DNA of 63,824 nucleotides, counting the filler, from Acidimicrobiia bacterium (lineage in GTDB: Bacteria > Actinomycetota > Acidimicrobiia > Spongiisociales > SHLN01), in NCBI GenBank assembly GCA_041619515.1. It is 4 parts of 4 records of this genome, joined end to end, with 100 filler letters (N's around TTAATTAATTAA, not from the genome) between each part and the next. Parts side by side here need not be neighbours in the genome. Positions count along the whole stretch, not along the records: positions 1 to 16,779 come from JBFKDW010000069.1; 3 more parts are not named here. The stretch is one strand, 5' to 3'. How positions within the stretch are numbered: position 1 is the stretch's first letter; each line of letters opens with the position of its first letter. The notes under the pieces were generated by a model that was not told the DNA's origin, did no database searches, and saw only the letters and a program-made list of their open reading frames with translations. Shown in pieces: positions 1 through 8,863 of the stretch. The position numbers and the translations under genes are program-made.

Positions 1-404
1 CCGGTCTCGAGTTGGTGTTGAAGTCTGCGGTTCTCGTCTCGGAGTGTCTGGGGCCATGGGCCGTGGACGAGGTCGCTGCTGCGGAACTGCAGTAGCAGCC
101 GGGCATCCCTCAGGTTGGCCCGACTCCAGGTCACAACGTGAACAGCCGCTCCTAGGGCGGCCTCGAGAGGATCAGGATTGCCCAGCTTGGCAAGGTATCC
201 GCTTTGGAATCGTCGAACCCCTCGAACCCACAGGGCAGCCGCCAGGGTGTCACGCCCCGGAAAGCGGTGATACAACGACCCACTGGGGGCCCCCAACAAA
301 CGGGCCACGGCCGTCATGGTCAGGGTGGCGGGTCCGGAATGGACCACGAGATCCCGTGACACATCCAGGATCTGGTCTTCGCTGAACTTGGCAGGTCGTG
401 ACAC
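1..404 (-). CDS. TetR/AcrR family transcriptional regulator (3' end runs off the window; absent from ORF track)
   Basis: Manual translation from GTG at 404: MSRPAKFSEDQILDVSRDLVVHSGPATLTMTAVARLLGAPSGSLYHRFPGRDTL..., a typical TetR N-terminal HTH; frame open to base 1. Confidence 0.85.
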   Translation of the reverse strand, partial: MSRPAKFSEDQILDVSRDLVVHSGPATLTMTAVARLLGAPSGSLYHRFPGRDTLAAALWVRGVRRFQSGYLAKLGNPDPLEAALGAAVHVVTWSRANLRDARLLLQFRSSDLVHGPWPQTLRDENRRLQHQLET

Positions 405-405
405 G

Positions 406-427
406 ATTTAGAGAATACTCTCTAAAT
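406..427. promoter_or_regulatory. Putative TetR operator overlapping a leaderless -10 box
   Basis: Perfect 9-bp inverted repeat ATTTAGAGA-atac-TCTCTAAAT immediately upstream of the tetR start; minus-strand TATTCT lies 7 nt before the GTG. Confidence 0.7.
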
Positions 428-512
428 GGATCGTCAGTCAAAGACACCCGGAGCGCAGATCACCAAATCGGGGACGAGAACGCTCACATCGCCGAATAGC
501 GGCGATCGGCAC

Positions 513-947
513 CTACCGAGCGGCTCTCCGACGGTCGGAGTGCAGTCGAGTGGAGTGATGCTGGAGCCTTGCGATCACCCACACGATGGTTGCCAACGTC
601 AGAGCGACGACTCCACCGCCGATGATGCCCGGCGTCTGAGGCGAACCCGTGTACTCGACTCCAACGAGGCTGTGACACATTCGCGGGCTCCCATCAACAG
701 ATGCGCATGTGAGGGGGGCTAGGAATGCGTATCCGGCGATGAATCCGATAACCAATGCTACGGCTGGCAGAAAGACGGTGGGTCGAGAACGGAACGGGCT
801 CAGCAGGACCAACGTGAGCGCCACCACAAGCAAGACATACCCGATGCTGAGGATTGCGAGGAACCCGAGCCCGATCAGCACCAACACCAACCCCCAGTAC
901 GAAGTCATCGACGATCGAGATGCCTTGACCATGGGGACCTCCGGCAT
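513..947 (-). CDS. Hypothetical membrane protein
   Basis: 144 aa with about four hydrophobic segments; TAGGCT 5 nt before ATG. Confidence 0.6.
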   Translation of the reverse strand: MPEVPMVKASRSSMTSYWGLVLVLIGLGFLAILSIGYVLLVVALTLVLLSPFRSRPTVFLPAVALVIGFIAGYAFLAPLTCASVDGSPRMCHSLVGVEYTGSPQTPGIIGGGVVALTLATIVWVIARLQHHSTRLHSDRRRAAR

Positions 948-1108
948 GAATCAGCCTACGCGCCAACTCAGATCACCGATTATGGGCTATATCGCACGCC
1001 GCCCCATGGTGCCCTGGAACGGCACATATCGAGTTGGTGGTGCTCAGCCCAGCCGGGGGTCGAGGATGAACTGGTATACCTGCAGACCGAGCCCGATCGG
1101 GCGGGTTC

Positions 1109-1381
1109 CTACGGTTCGATGAAGATGCACTCGCCGGGGCATTCCTCGGCGGCTTCGATCACAGTGTCTTCCATGCCGTCCGGCACCCGGGCGAGCCCGC
1201 TGGCGCCCTCGGGACCATGACCCTCGCCTTCGGCGCCGTCGAAGATGGTGGTGGTGCCGAAGTGCTTGGCTTCCTCTTTGACGATCCACAGGCCGTCATC
1301 ACGGCCCTGGAACACGTCGGGAGCTATCTCTTCGCACAGGCCATCCCCGGTGCAGAGGTCCTGGTCGATCCAAACCTTCAT
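1109..1381 (-). CDS. Ferredoxin (single cluster)
   Basis: MKVWIDQDLCTGDGLCEEIAPDVF...CPGECI, a CxxDxxC...CP motif; AGGA RBS before ATG 1381. Confidence 0.9.
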   Translation of the reverse strand: MKVWIDQDLCTGDGLCEEIAPDVFQGRDDGLWIVKEEAKHFGTTTIFDGAEGEGHGPEGASGLARVPDGMEDTVIEAAEECPGECIFIEP

Positions 1382-1438
1382 CGAACTTCCTTTCCGAGCC
1401 GACATGATAGGCGAGGCATCACCGATATCCCATAGTTT

Positions 1439-2155
1439 CTAGTCCGAGAGGGCCAGGCGGATGCGTCGAAAGCCCTTGCCCTTCGACTCGACCTTGACGA
1501 TCTGCACTGCGCCGACCTCGTCGGTGCGGTGGACGTGGGTCCCGCCATCGGCTTGTCGGTCGAGGCCGACGATGTCGATGACGCGCACCTCTTGCAGCTC
1601 CCGAGGCAGCAGGCTCACCTTGGTGCGGATCAAGCTGGGGTCGCTATCGGCTTCTCGCCGGGGCAGGAACGATACTTTCACTTCCAGTGCATCCCTCAAG
1701 TGCGCATTGAGCTCTTCCTCCATGGGGAACTTGTGGGAGGCGTCCCAATCGGGTAGATCGAAATCGAGCCTCCCCTCTCCGGGCGACATATTGCCGCCGG
1801 TAACCGGGCTTTTGAATCGTTCCCATACGACGCCGCACAGGGCATGCATGGCCGTGTGGGTGCGCATCAGCGAGTAGCGATGGTCCCAATCGATCTCGCC
1901 TCTGACTTCGGTTCCGACCGCGGGCAGCCCACCCTCCAGCCAATGCCAGACACCGCGTCGGTCGGCGGTGACGCGAATCACGGCGAGCCGATCGTCACCC
2001 ACATACAGATGTCCGATGTCGTGAGGTTGACCGCCTCCTCCCGGATAGAAGACGGTTCTGTCGAGCAGGACCCGGTTGTCCTCGCGGTCGGCATCCGCCA
2101 CGGATGCGGCCATCGTACGGGCGTATGAGTCGGTGCTATAGATCTTCTCGGACAT
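1439..2155 (-). CDS. Alanyl-tRNA editing protein (AlaX-like)
   Basis: DRTVFYPGGGGQPHD, RTHTAMH (HxxxH), DGGTHV; start at MSEKIY. Confidence 0.88.
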   Translation of the reverse strand: MSEKIYSTDSYARTMAASVADADREDNRVLLDRTVFYPGGGGQPHDIGHLYVGDDRLAVIRVTADRRGVWHWLEGGLPAVGTEVRGEIDWDHRYSLMRTHTAMHALCGVVWERFKSPVTGGNMSPGEGRLDFDLPDWDASHKFPMEEELNAHLRDALEVKVSFLPRREADSDPSLIRTKVSLLPRELQEVRVIDIVGLDRQADGGTHVHRTDEVGAVQIVKVESKGKGFRRIRLALSD

Positions 2156-2474
2156 CTCCGGCAACAGTACTAGCCGGCGATGGTGGCCCGCCCTCCCTCT
2201 CGGTGGAGGGGGTGGAAGGATTGCCGTTGGCTGCGGCACGCTCGGCGCCGGTGGTGATTGCCGACTCCAGGTAGCGGGCCCGTCGCTCGTAGGCGGCAAC
2301 GGCTCGCTGGCTCTTGTCGAAGGATTCCCGGAGGTGTTCGATCTCCTGCTGACGCGACTCGAGGCGAGCCAGCAACATCTCACGCTCGGCCTCGAGCTGC
2401 CTGCGTGAATCGCGCCGCACCCACCACATCGCGAACAGATACCCGACGAGGGCACCCAGCGCCGCCTGCCACAT
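2136..2474 (-). CDS. Hypothetical protein with N-terminal TM helix and coiled coil
   Basis: AAGGAG RBS before ATG 2474; MWQAALGALVGYLFAMWW followed by a charged helical region. Confidence 0.6.
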   Translation of the reverse strand: MWQAALGALVGYLFAMWWVRRDSRRQLEAEREMLLARLESRQQEIEHLRESFDKSQRAVAAYERRARYLESAITTGAERAAANGNPSTPSTEREGGPPSPASTVAGDVREDL

Positions 2475-2587
2475 TTCCTTACTCCTTGGTGTCCCTTTCC
2501 TATTATGACTCAAATCTGAGCGCGAAAGTTCCCGGTGGAGCCCGCCCACTCCTCCCCTGCGTCGATCCAGAGGAGTAGGTTGGCCGT

Positions 2588-3100
2588 GTGGAGATCCGTA
2601 CCGCACGCCGGGACGATCTCATCGAGATCGGCCGGCTCGCTCACGAGGCATGGTGGAACGCATACTCGGGTCTCGTCACGGCTGAGACCATCAACCGGGC
2701 GCTCAGCGCCAGATACACCCCGTCGATTCTTGCCGAGCGCCTGCTCAAGCACTTCTGTTTCATGGCAGTCCGCGAAGGGGTCACCGTCGGTTTCGCCGAA
2801 GGGATCCCGGCCGAAGATCGAGTCGTGCTCGAGACCATTCACTGTCGCGAGGGAGGCGACGTCGAGGTGGGGCGGCGTCTGATCGAGCGCATGCACGAGC
2901 TGGCGCCCGAGCTGCCGATGTGCTGCGACGTCGTACTCGGGCACCTGGCGGTCGAATCGTTCCTCGAAGCCAGCGACTTCGCTCCCGGCGAGGTCATCGA
3001 GGACCGGCTGGAGGGCGAAGCGATCGTTCGACGACGCTGGTGGCGTCCGAGCTCAGCCGGGCGCGTAGCATTCCCTTCCCATGACCAGCACGCTCACTGA
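2588..3100 (+). CDS. GNAT-like N-acetyltransferase
   Basis: IRTARRDDL...AWWNAYSGLV...VGFAE pattern; overlaps the add start. Confidence 0.65.
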   Translation: MEIRTARRDDLIEIGRLAHEAWWNAYSGLVTAETINRALSARYTPSILAERLLKHFCFMAVREGVTVGFAEGIPAEDRVVLETIHCREGGDVEVGRRLIERMHELAPELPMCCDVVLGHLAVESFLEASDFAPGEVIEDRLEGEAIVRRRWWRPSSAGRVAFPSHDQHAH

Positions 3101-4139
3101 CTTCCCGAAGGCCGTGCTTCACGACCACCTCGACGGAGGGCTGCGGGTCGAAACTGTGCTCGACCTTGCCGAGCAGGCCGGATACGAGCTGCTCCCCGCT
3201 TCCGAGACCGCCGCCCTGGGTGAATGGTTCCACCAGGGCGAGACGGGCTCACTCGAGGCCTACCTTGCTGCGTTCACCCACACCATCGCCCTCATGCAAA
3301 CGGCGTCCGCCCTCGAACGGGTCGCCTACGAAGCTGTCGTCGACCTGGCAGCCGACGGGGTCCGATATGCCGAGATCCGCTTTGCACCCACCCTCCACAC
3401 TGCCGGCGGCCTCGAGCCAACCGAGGTCCTCGCTGCGGTCGCCGCCGGGATCAGAGCCGGTGAGCGGGAAACCGGCTGTCTCACAGGCCTGATCCTCGAT
3501 GCGATGCGTCCAATGCCGGATTCCGAGGAGGTCGCCAAGCTTGCTGTGGCAGGCCGGCATCTCGGGGTGGTCGGGTTCGACCTGGCCGGGCCCGAAGCCG
3601 GCTATCCGAACCGCGGCTACCGGACTGCTTGTCAGATTGCCCGCGATGGCAACATTCCTGTCACCGTTCACGCCGGTGAAGGCGATGGAGTGAGCCAGAT
3701 CTGGCAGGCGCTCCACCAGTGCGGTGCCAGGAGAATCGGACATGGCGTGCGCATCGTCGAGGACACGACGACCGCCGGGGGCTCCATCACCGGACTCGGG
3801 CCGCTCGCCGGCTACGTGCGCGACATGCAGATCGCCCTCGAGGTGAGCGTGTCCTCCAACCTCCATACCGGGGTCTATCCAACTGCGGCCTCCCATCCCA
3901 TTGGGATGCTGCACCGTGCCGGGTTTGCGGTCACCGTGAACACCGACAACCGTCTGATGTCGGGGACCTCGATGACCGATGAGTTCCGGCTCCTCGAAGC
4001 TCACCAGGGTTTCGAGGTCGAGGACTTCCACGCCGTCACTCGCACCGCCCTCCGTGCCGGTTTCGGCGCCTGGCCGGCACGGCGCCGGCTGATCGAGGAG
4101 ATCGACGCCCGCTATCGAGAGCTGGGGAGCGGCCGGTAG
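3081..4139 (+). CDS. add: Adenosine deaminase
   Basis: PKAVLHDHLDGG, GFDLAGPE, TVHAGE, RIGHG, NTDN motifs. Confidence 0.93.
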   Translation: MTSTLTDFPKAVLHDHLDGGLRVETVLDLAEQAGYELLPASETAALGEWFHQGETGSLEAYLAAFTHTIALMQTASALERVAYEAVVDLAADGVRYAEIRFAPTLHTAGGLEPTEVLAAVAAGIRAGERETGCLTGLILDAMRPMPDSEEVAKLAVAGRHLGVVGFDLAGPEAGYPNRGYRTACQIARDGNIPVTVHAGEGDGVSQIWQALHQCGARRIGHGVRIVEDTTTAGGSITGLGPLAGYVRDMQIALEVSVSSNLHTGVYPTAASHPIGMLHRAGFAVTVNTDNRLMSGTSMTDEFRLLEAHQGFEVEDFHAVTRTALRAGFGAWPARRRLIEEIDARYRELGSGR

Positions 4140-4151
4140 CGCTCCCCGGTG

Positions 4152-4970
4152 CTACGTGAGATGCTCGTCGATCCAGTCGGCGACGTCGGTGATGACGGCG
4201 GGGCCCTCGGGCTCGTTGTGGAGCTCATGGCGCAATTTGGGATACAGCTTGCGGTCGACTCCGGGAACCGCGCCCAGGCCGTGCGATGACTGTGGCGGGA
4301 CTATCTCGTCGTTCCCACCGGCAATCACGAGCGTCGGGGTTCGCAGAGAACCCATCGATTCCCGGACGCGCTTCTGGGCGGTGAGCGCTTCGGCCCCCAG
4401 CCGGGTGGTGGCCTTGGTTTCGACGAGTGGATCGCTGAAATATGCCTCACCGACCGCAGGGTCCCGCGACAGCTGGTCGCCTTCCAGGTCGAGCGGCAGG
4501 GCTGCGCTGGGGGCGATCTTGGCGATGACCGGGGCGAGGACCTGCTTCCACTTGGCGATCGTCGACTCAACTGCCGGAGCCGAAAGCACTAACAGGTCGG
4601 GCAGGACCTCCGACCTGGTGAGGCAGTAGTCGAGCGCTACGAGGCCGCCGAGTGAGTGTCCGTAGATCACCGTCGGAGCTTTCACCTCGAAAGCCATCGC
4701 AGATAGCCGGTCCTCCACGTCGTCGAGAAGCATCTCCCAGGCGTCGACGTCGACCCGGGCGCCCCCCGATTGGCCATGGCCTCGCTGATCGTAGGCGTGG
4801 ACGGCGAAGCCGCGAGCAGTGAGGGCCTCTGCCACGTGTTCGTATCGCCCAGAATGCTCGGCGATTCCGTGCACGATGAGCACGGCGGCGGTTGGTGTGC
4901 CCGCCGGCATCCATTCCCGGGTGGCCAGCTCCACACCGGTTCTGGAGGTCTCTCGCTTGATCTCGCTCAT
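4152..4970 (-). CDS. Alpha/beta hydrolase (lysophospholipase-like)
   Basis: VHGIAEHSGRY, DQRGHG, GHSLGG nucleophile elbow, HELHNE; AAGGAG RBS. Confidence 0.9.
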   Translation of the reverse strand: MSEIKRETSRTGVELATREWMPAGTPTAAVLIVHGIAEHSGRYEHVAEALTARGFAVHAYDQRGHGQSGGARVDVDAWEMLLDDVEDRLSAMAFEVKAPTVIYGHSLGGLVALDYCLTRSEVLPDLLVLSAPAVESTIAKWKQVLAPVIAKIAPSAALPLDLEGDQLSRDPAVGEAYFSDPLVETKATTRLGAEALTAQKRVRESMGSLRTPTLVIAGGNDEIVPPQSSHGLGAVPGVDRKLYPKLRHELHNEPEGPAVITDVADWIDEHLT

Positions 4971-5755
4971 TGTTCTCCTTCGTGAGCCGCGTGCCAGGCC
5001 GCTCCGACGATACCGGCACGGTTTTCCAGCTCGGCGGCAATGATATTCGCCGTGGTCTGCAAGTACGGGAAGAAGCGTTTGGAGTGTCGGCTCACCCCGC
5101 CGCCGATGATGAAGGCATCGGGGGAAAACAAGAACTCGAGGTGGGCGAGGTACGCAGCCACGCGGCCGCCCCACTCCTCCCAGGAGAGGTCCTCGTCCTC
5201 ACGTACCTTGGCGCTTGCGAAGTGCTCGGCGTCCGTGCCGCGGAATTCGAGGTGGCCGAGCTCACTATTCGGCAGCAAGTTGCCCCGCACGAGGATGGCG
5301 CTGCCGATGCCGGTCCCGAATGTGAGCAGGATGACGACACCGTCGGTATACGCCTTGGCCTCGCCGAAGGCGAACTCGGCAAGCCCGGCAGCGTCGGCGT
5401 CGTTGAGGACCGAGACCGGCCGACCGAGCGCTGTCGAGAAGAGCTCGACGGCTTCAACACCGATCCAGGATTTGTCGACATTGGCAGCCGAATGGACGAT
5501 TCCATGGCGGACGATGGTGGGAATCGCCACCCCGACTGCGCCCTCCCAGCCGAAGTGCTTGACGAGCCGCCCGACAGCGCGGGCAACCGCATCCGGGGTG
5601 GCGGGCTGGGGGGTTTCGATGCGATGGCGCTCGGTGGTGAGCTCACCCTTCGCGACGTCCACTACGCCGCCCTTGATGCCCGATCCCCCCACATCCACGC
5701 CGAGCACGAGTCTGCGGTCCTTCTTCTTGCTCTTGTTCTTGTTCTTTTCTGCCAT
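4967..5755 (-). CDS. ppgK: Polyphosphate glucokinase (ROK family)
   Basis: GVDVGGSGIKG, TPQPATP, NDADAAGLAE, GTGIGSA, ELGH. Confidence 0.9.
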   Translation of the reverse strand: MAEKNKNKSKKKDRRLVLGVDVGGSGIKGGVVDVAKGELTTERHRIETPQPATPDAVARAVGRLVKHFGWEGAVGVAIPTIVRHGIVHSAANVDKSWIGVEAVELFSTALGRPVSVLNDADAAGLAEFAFGEAKAYTDGVVILLTFGTGIGSAILVRGNLLPNSELGHLEFRGTDAEHFASAKVREDEDLSWEEWGGRVAAYLAHLEFLFSPDAFIIGGGVSRHSKRFFPYLQTTANIIAAELENRAGIVGAAWHAAHEGEQ

Positions 5756-6837
5756 CAGTCCTGTTTGATAAACGGTGTCGACGCCAGCGTGACCGGCTCC
5801 CACTCTCCTCGGATCTCGATTTCGAGAGGCGGGTCGGGCTCCCCGTCCGCCCGCGAGTGTCTGTGAAAGACGGGGGAGGGCGAGAGGTACCCAAGCCCGA
5901 TGCCCTTGCCGAGGATGGGACTGAAGTTGCCGCTGGTGACCGAACCGAAGCTGCCGCCCGCCCGGAGGGCATGGCCGGTACGCGGTATCCGGCGGCTTCT
6001 CATGACGAACGCCACCTGGCTCTTCTTCACTCCGGCACGTGACTGCCGGTGCAGTGCCTTCTTGCCGACGAAATCATGATCCCAATCGACGACCCAGCCC
6101 AGGTCCGCCTCCAGCGGCGAGGTGGTCTCATCCAAATCCTGACCCCACAGCGGATAGCCCATCTCCAACCGGAGCAGGTCCCGGGCCCCGAGCGCAGCCG
6201 GGGCGCCGCCGCCCTCGAGTAGCGCCCGCATGAGCGACTCGGCCTGTTCGTTGGGAACCATCAGCTCGCCGCCGGCCTCACCGGTGTACCCGGTGCCGGC
6301 GGCTGGGAAGCTGACACCGCCGTAGTGGACGTCTGCAACACGGAAGCGACGCGGACGCCATCCGGTCACCTGCTCCAGGAGATCGGGGGCGGTCGGCCCC
6401 TGCACCGCCAGCAATGCGGTGCTTTCCCGGATCGAGCCCATCGTCACGGTGTTGGGGGCGGAACGCTGCATGGCGCCGAGGACGTCGTCGATGTTGACGC
6501 CGTTCGGCATCACGATGTAGTCGTCCGCGGCCAGCATCCAGACGATGATGTCGTCGACCACGCCGGCCGAGTCGTTGAGGAGCATGGTGTACTGGGCCCG
6601 GCCCGGCTCGATGGCGCTGATGTCGTTGCAGAACAGGCTGCGAAGCAGGTCGCTAGCACCGGTCCCTTGCACCCGGATCCGCCCGAGATGCGAGACGTCG
6701 AAAACGCCAACTGCCTCCCGGACCGCCCGGTGCTCTTCCAGGACGCTGGCATACTGCACCGGCATCGACCAGCCACCGAAGTCCACGAAACGGGCACCGA
6801 GTTCGCGGTGGAGTGAGTCGAGCGGTGATGCTGGCAT
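5755..6837 (-). CDS. gcvT: Glycine cleavage system aminomethyltransferase T
   Basis: FGGWSMPVQY, FDVSHLG, TGYTGE, GARDLLRLEMG. Confidence 0.92.
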   Translation of the reverse strand: MPASPLDSLHRELGARFVDFGGWSMPVQYASVLEEHRAVREAVGVFDVSHLGRIRVQGTGASDLLRSLFCNDISAIEPGRAQYTMLLNDSAGVVDDIIVWMLAADDYIVMPNGVNIDDVLGAMQRSAPNTVTMGSIRESTALLAVQGPTAPDLLEQVTGWRPRRFRVADVHYGGVSFPAAGTGYTGEAGGELMVPNEQAESLMRALLEGGGAPAALGARDLLRLEMGYPLWGQDLDETTSPLEADLGWVVDWDHDFVGKKALHRQSRAGVKKSQVAFVMRSRRIPRTGHALRAGGSFGSVTSGNFSPILGKGIGLGYLSPSPVFHRHSRADGEPDPPLEIEIRGEWEPVTLASTPFIKQD

Positions 6838-6845
6838 GAACCGGG

Positions 6846-7286
6846 TCAGCCTACTCCGCGCTGCTCCCCCAGATCGGTGACCTGCGGAGGCCCGGGCAGG
6901 CGGGTCGGGGGCGGCAGATCGCCACTCGCCTCCTCCAGCCCGTATTTCAGCAGCAGGTGAAGATAGTCTCGCTGATAGAAGACCTTGCACCGCACTCCGG
7001 GATGGACTTCGCGCAACTGGCGCACTTTGCGGTTCTTCTTGGTCACGAGGCGCTGGTTCATCGTGGTGATCTCGATGTACATGTCCTCTTCGGGCAGGTA
7101 GAAGTCCGGGGTGAAGTACTTGGCCGGCTCTCCGTCTTCATCGAACTCAATGGGGAAGGCGGTCGGCTCGTACTCCCACGCGATTCCGTAGAAATCCAGC
7201 AATCGAGCAAACTGACGTTCACTGTCGTGGGCGAAATCCTCGGTCTCAGATGGGGGTACGGCTTCCGAGTCTCGGTTTGCGTTCAG
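6846..7286 (-). CDS. Conserved hypothetical protein, PD-(D/E)XK nuclease-like; start uncertain (CTG 7286 or TTG 7202)
   Basis: FAHDSERQFARLLDFYGIAWEYEP...FTPDFYLP...YIEITT; protein-like sequence continues upstream of the TTG. Confidence 0.7.
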   Translation of the reverse strand: MNANRDSEAVPPSETEDFAHDSERQFARLLDFYGIAWEYEPTAFPIEFDEDGEPAKYFTPDFYLPEEDMYIEITTMNQRLVTKKNRKVRQLREVHPGVRCKVFYQRDYLHLLLKYGLEEASGDLPPPTRLPGPPQVTDLGEQRGVG

Positions 7287-7762
7287 GTTGCCTCCGCGGT
7301 CCGGGCAGGCGATGCACCCGCCTCTGCTTCCTCTTCTAACTCGGGGAAGAGTTCGTGAAGCTGGCCCTCGAGCTCGTCCTGGACGGGCCCGACGGCGATG
7401 CCGAACACACCCTGGCCGCGACGGAACACGTCGACGACCTCGGATGGGTTGTGGGCGGCGTAGATGGTGTTCCCGTCGGAGAGCAGCGTGACGTCGGCGA
7501 GCGGGCTATCGGTCTGCATCTGCTGGGCGAGGATGTCGATCGCCTGGCGGATCTTCTTGAGGCTCATACCAGCGTCGAGCAGACGCTTGACGACCTTGAG
7601 CTGGACGATGTCGGTGAACGAGTACCGGCGTTGGCTGCCGGAACCCTGGGCGGACTGGACGGACGGCGTGATGAGCTTGGTGCGGGCCCAGTAGTCGAGT
7701 TGGCGATAGGTGATGTCCACCAGCTTGCACACCTGTGGCGCTCTGAATCCGTCCTGGGACAT
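7283..7762 (-). CDS. MerR family regulator (Rv1830-like)
   Basis: GFRAPQVCKLVDITYRQLDYWART, GSGSQRRYSF, GQGVFGIA; GGAGG RBS before ATG 7762; conserved synteny. Confidence 0.88.
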   Translation of the reverse strand: MSQDGFRAPQVCKLVDITYRQLDYWARTKLITPSVQSAQGSGSQRRYSFTDIVQLKVVKRLLDAGMSLKKIRQAIDILAQQMQTDSPLADVTLLSDGNTIYAAHNPSEVVDVFRRGQGVFGIAVGPVQDELEGQLHELFPELEEEAEAGASPARTAEAT

Positions 7763-7811
7763 CCCCATCCTCCTCGTCGAGTATCTTACACGTCCGTAAT
7801 TCCAACCGTGC

Positions 7812-7840
7812 AATCTACAGCCGGGGCACAGAGTTGTCAA
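7812..7840 (-). promoter_or_regulatory. Sigma-70-type promoter of the Rv1830-like gene
   Basis: TTGACA-17 bp-TAGATT on the minus strand. Confidence 0.7.
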
Positions 7841-7847
7841 CAGCGCC

Positions 7848-7856
7848 TGTGGATAA
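7848..7856 (-). promoter_or_regulatory. DnaA box
   Basis: Perfect TTATCCACA, with a near-match TTGTCAACA at 7834-7842 in the opposite orientation. Confidence 0.5.
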
Positions 7857-7867
7857 CCCGGGCAGGG

Positions 7868-8863
7868 TCAGGAAGTTTCGACGATGGTCCTCAGGCGACT
7901 CAGCTGATCATCGGTTCCGATCGCCACCACGCGGGCGCCGCTGAGGAATATGAGGTCGGGGTCCGGGTTGACGATGAGTCCACCGCCCGGCTCCTCGACG
8001 GCGAAGACCATTGCGCCGGAACGGCCCCGAATTTCGGATTCTCGCAGGCTCACTCCGGCCATCGGTGAGTTCTGGTCGATGAGGAACTCCTCGACCTTGA
8101 ACTCCACCGTCCGGCCGCCGTGAACGAGGTCGACGAAGTCGGCGAGCTCCCGATGGAGTACGAGCGATGCCAGCCGATGCCCGCCCACCTTGGGGGGCGC
8201 CACCACCCGATCCGCCCCCGCCATCACCAGCTTCTCTTCGGCCTCCCCCTCATTGGCGCGAGCGGTGATGAGGAGGCTGGGGTTGGCCGTCCGCGCCGAG
8301 AGCACGATGACGAGGTTCTCCGAATCCTCAGCCACCGAAGCGATCAGCCCGGCGGCGCGGTCAACCCCCGCCTTGAGGAGGATTTCGTTGTGGGTGGCGT
8401 CTCCCTCGATGACAAGGGCTCCGGCCTCTGCCGCCGCTTCTGCCTTGTGGGGGTTCTTGTCGATGACGACCACCGGCTTCCGGTCGTCGACGATGTGCTC
8501 CCAGGCATTGCGGCCCACCCGCCCGAATCCGCAGACGATGTAATGACCGTCCAGACCGTCGATTTCTCGTTCCACGGCTTTCTTCCGTCTCTTCGGGTGG
8601 TTGGCGATGATCAGCTCCACCGCTGCGGTCGCAGTGTAGAAAACTAAACCGACCCCGAGCACCACCAAGCCGATACTCAGGGTCCGCCCGGCGATCCCCA
8701 GCTCGATCACCTCCGCAAACCCGACGGTGGAGATGGTGATCATCGTCATGTAGAAGGCGTCGAAGATGGGAGCCGACTCGAGGATCATGTAGCCGACCGT
8801 TCCCACCACGCTCAATGCCAGCAGCAGGACGGCGGCCGTGGTCAGTCGCTGCTCGGCGATCAT
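7868..8863 (-). CDS. Potassium channel protein with RCK (TrkA-N/C) domains
   Basis: TISTVGF filter region, HYIVCGFGRVG, GDAT, C-terminal TrkA-C. Confidence 0.88.
   Translation of the reverse strand: MIAEQRLTTAAVLLLALSVVGTVGYMILESAPIFDAFYMTMITISTVGFAEVIELGIAGRTLSIGLVVLGVGLVFYTATAAVELIIANHPKRRKKAVEREIDGLDGHYIVCGFGRVGRNAWEHIVDDRKPVVVIDKNPHKAEAAAEAGALVIEGDATHNEILLKAGVDRAAGLIASVAEDSENLVIVLSARTANPSLLITARANEGEAEEKLVMAGADRVVAPPKVGGHRLASLVLHRELADFVDLVHGGRTVEFKVEEFLIDQNSPMAGVSLRESEIRGRSGAMVFAVEEPGGGLIVNPDPDLIFLSGARVVAIGTDDQLSRLRTIVETS

Noticed and set aside
1..400. Possible structured RNA such as rnpB in a region with no good ORF-track call
   Set aside because: Explained by a TetR coding frame on the minus strand that runs off the window.
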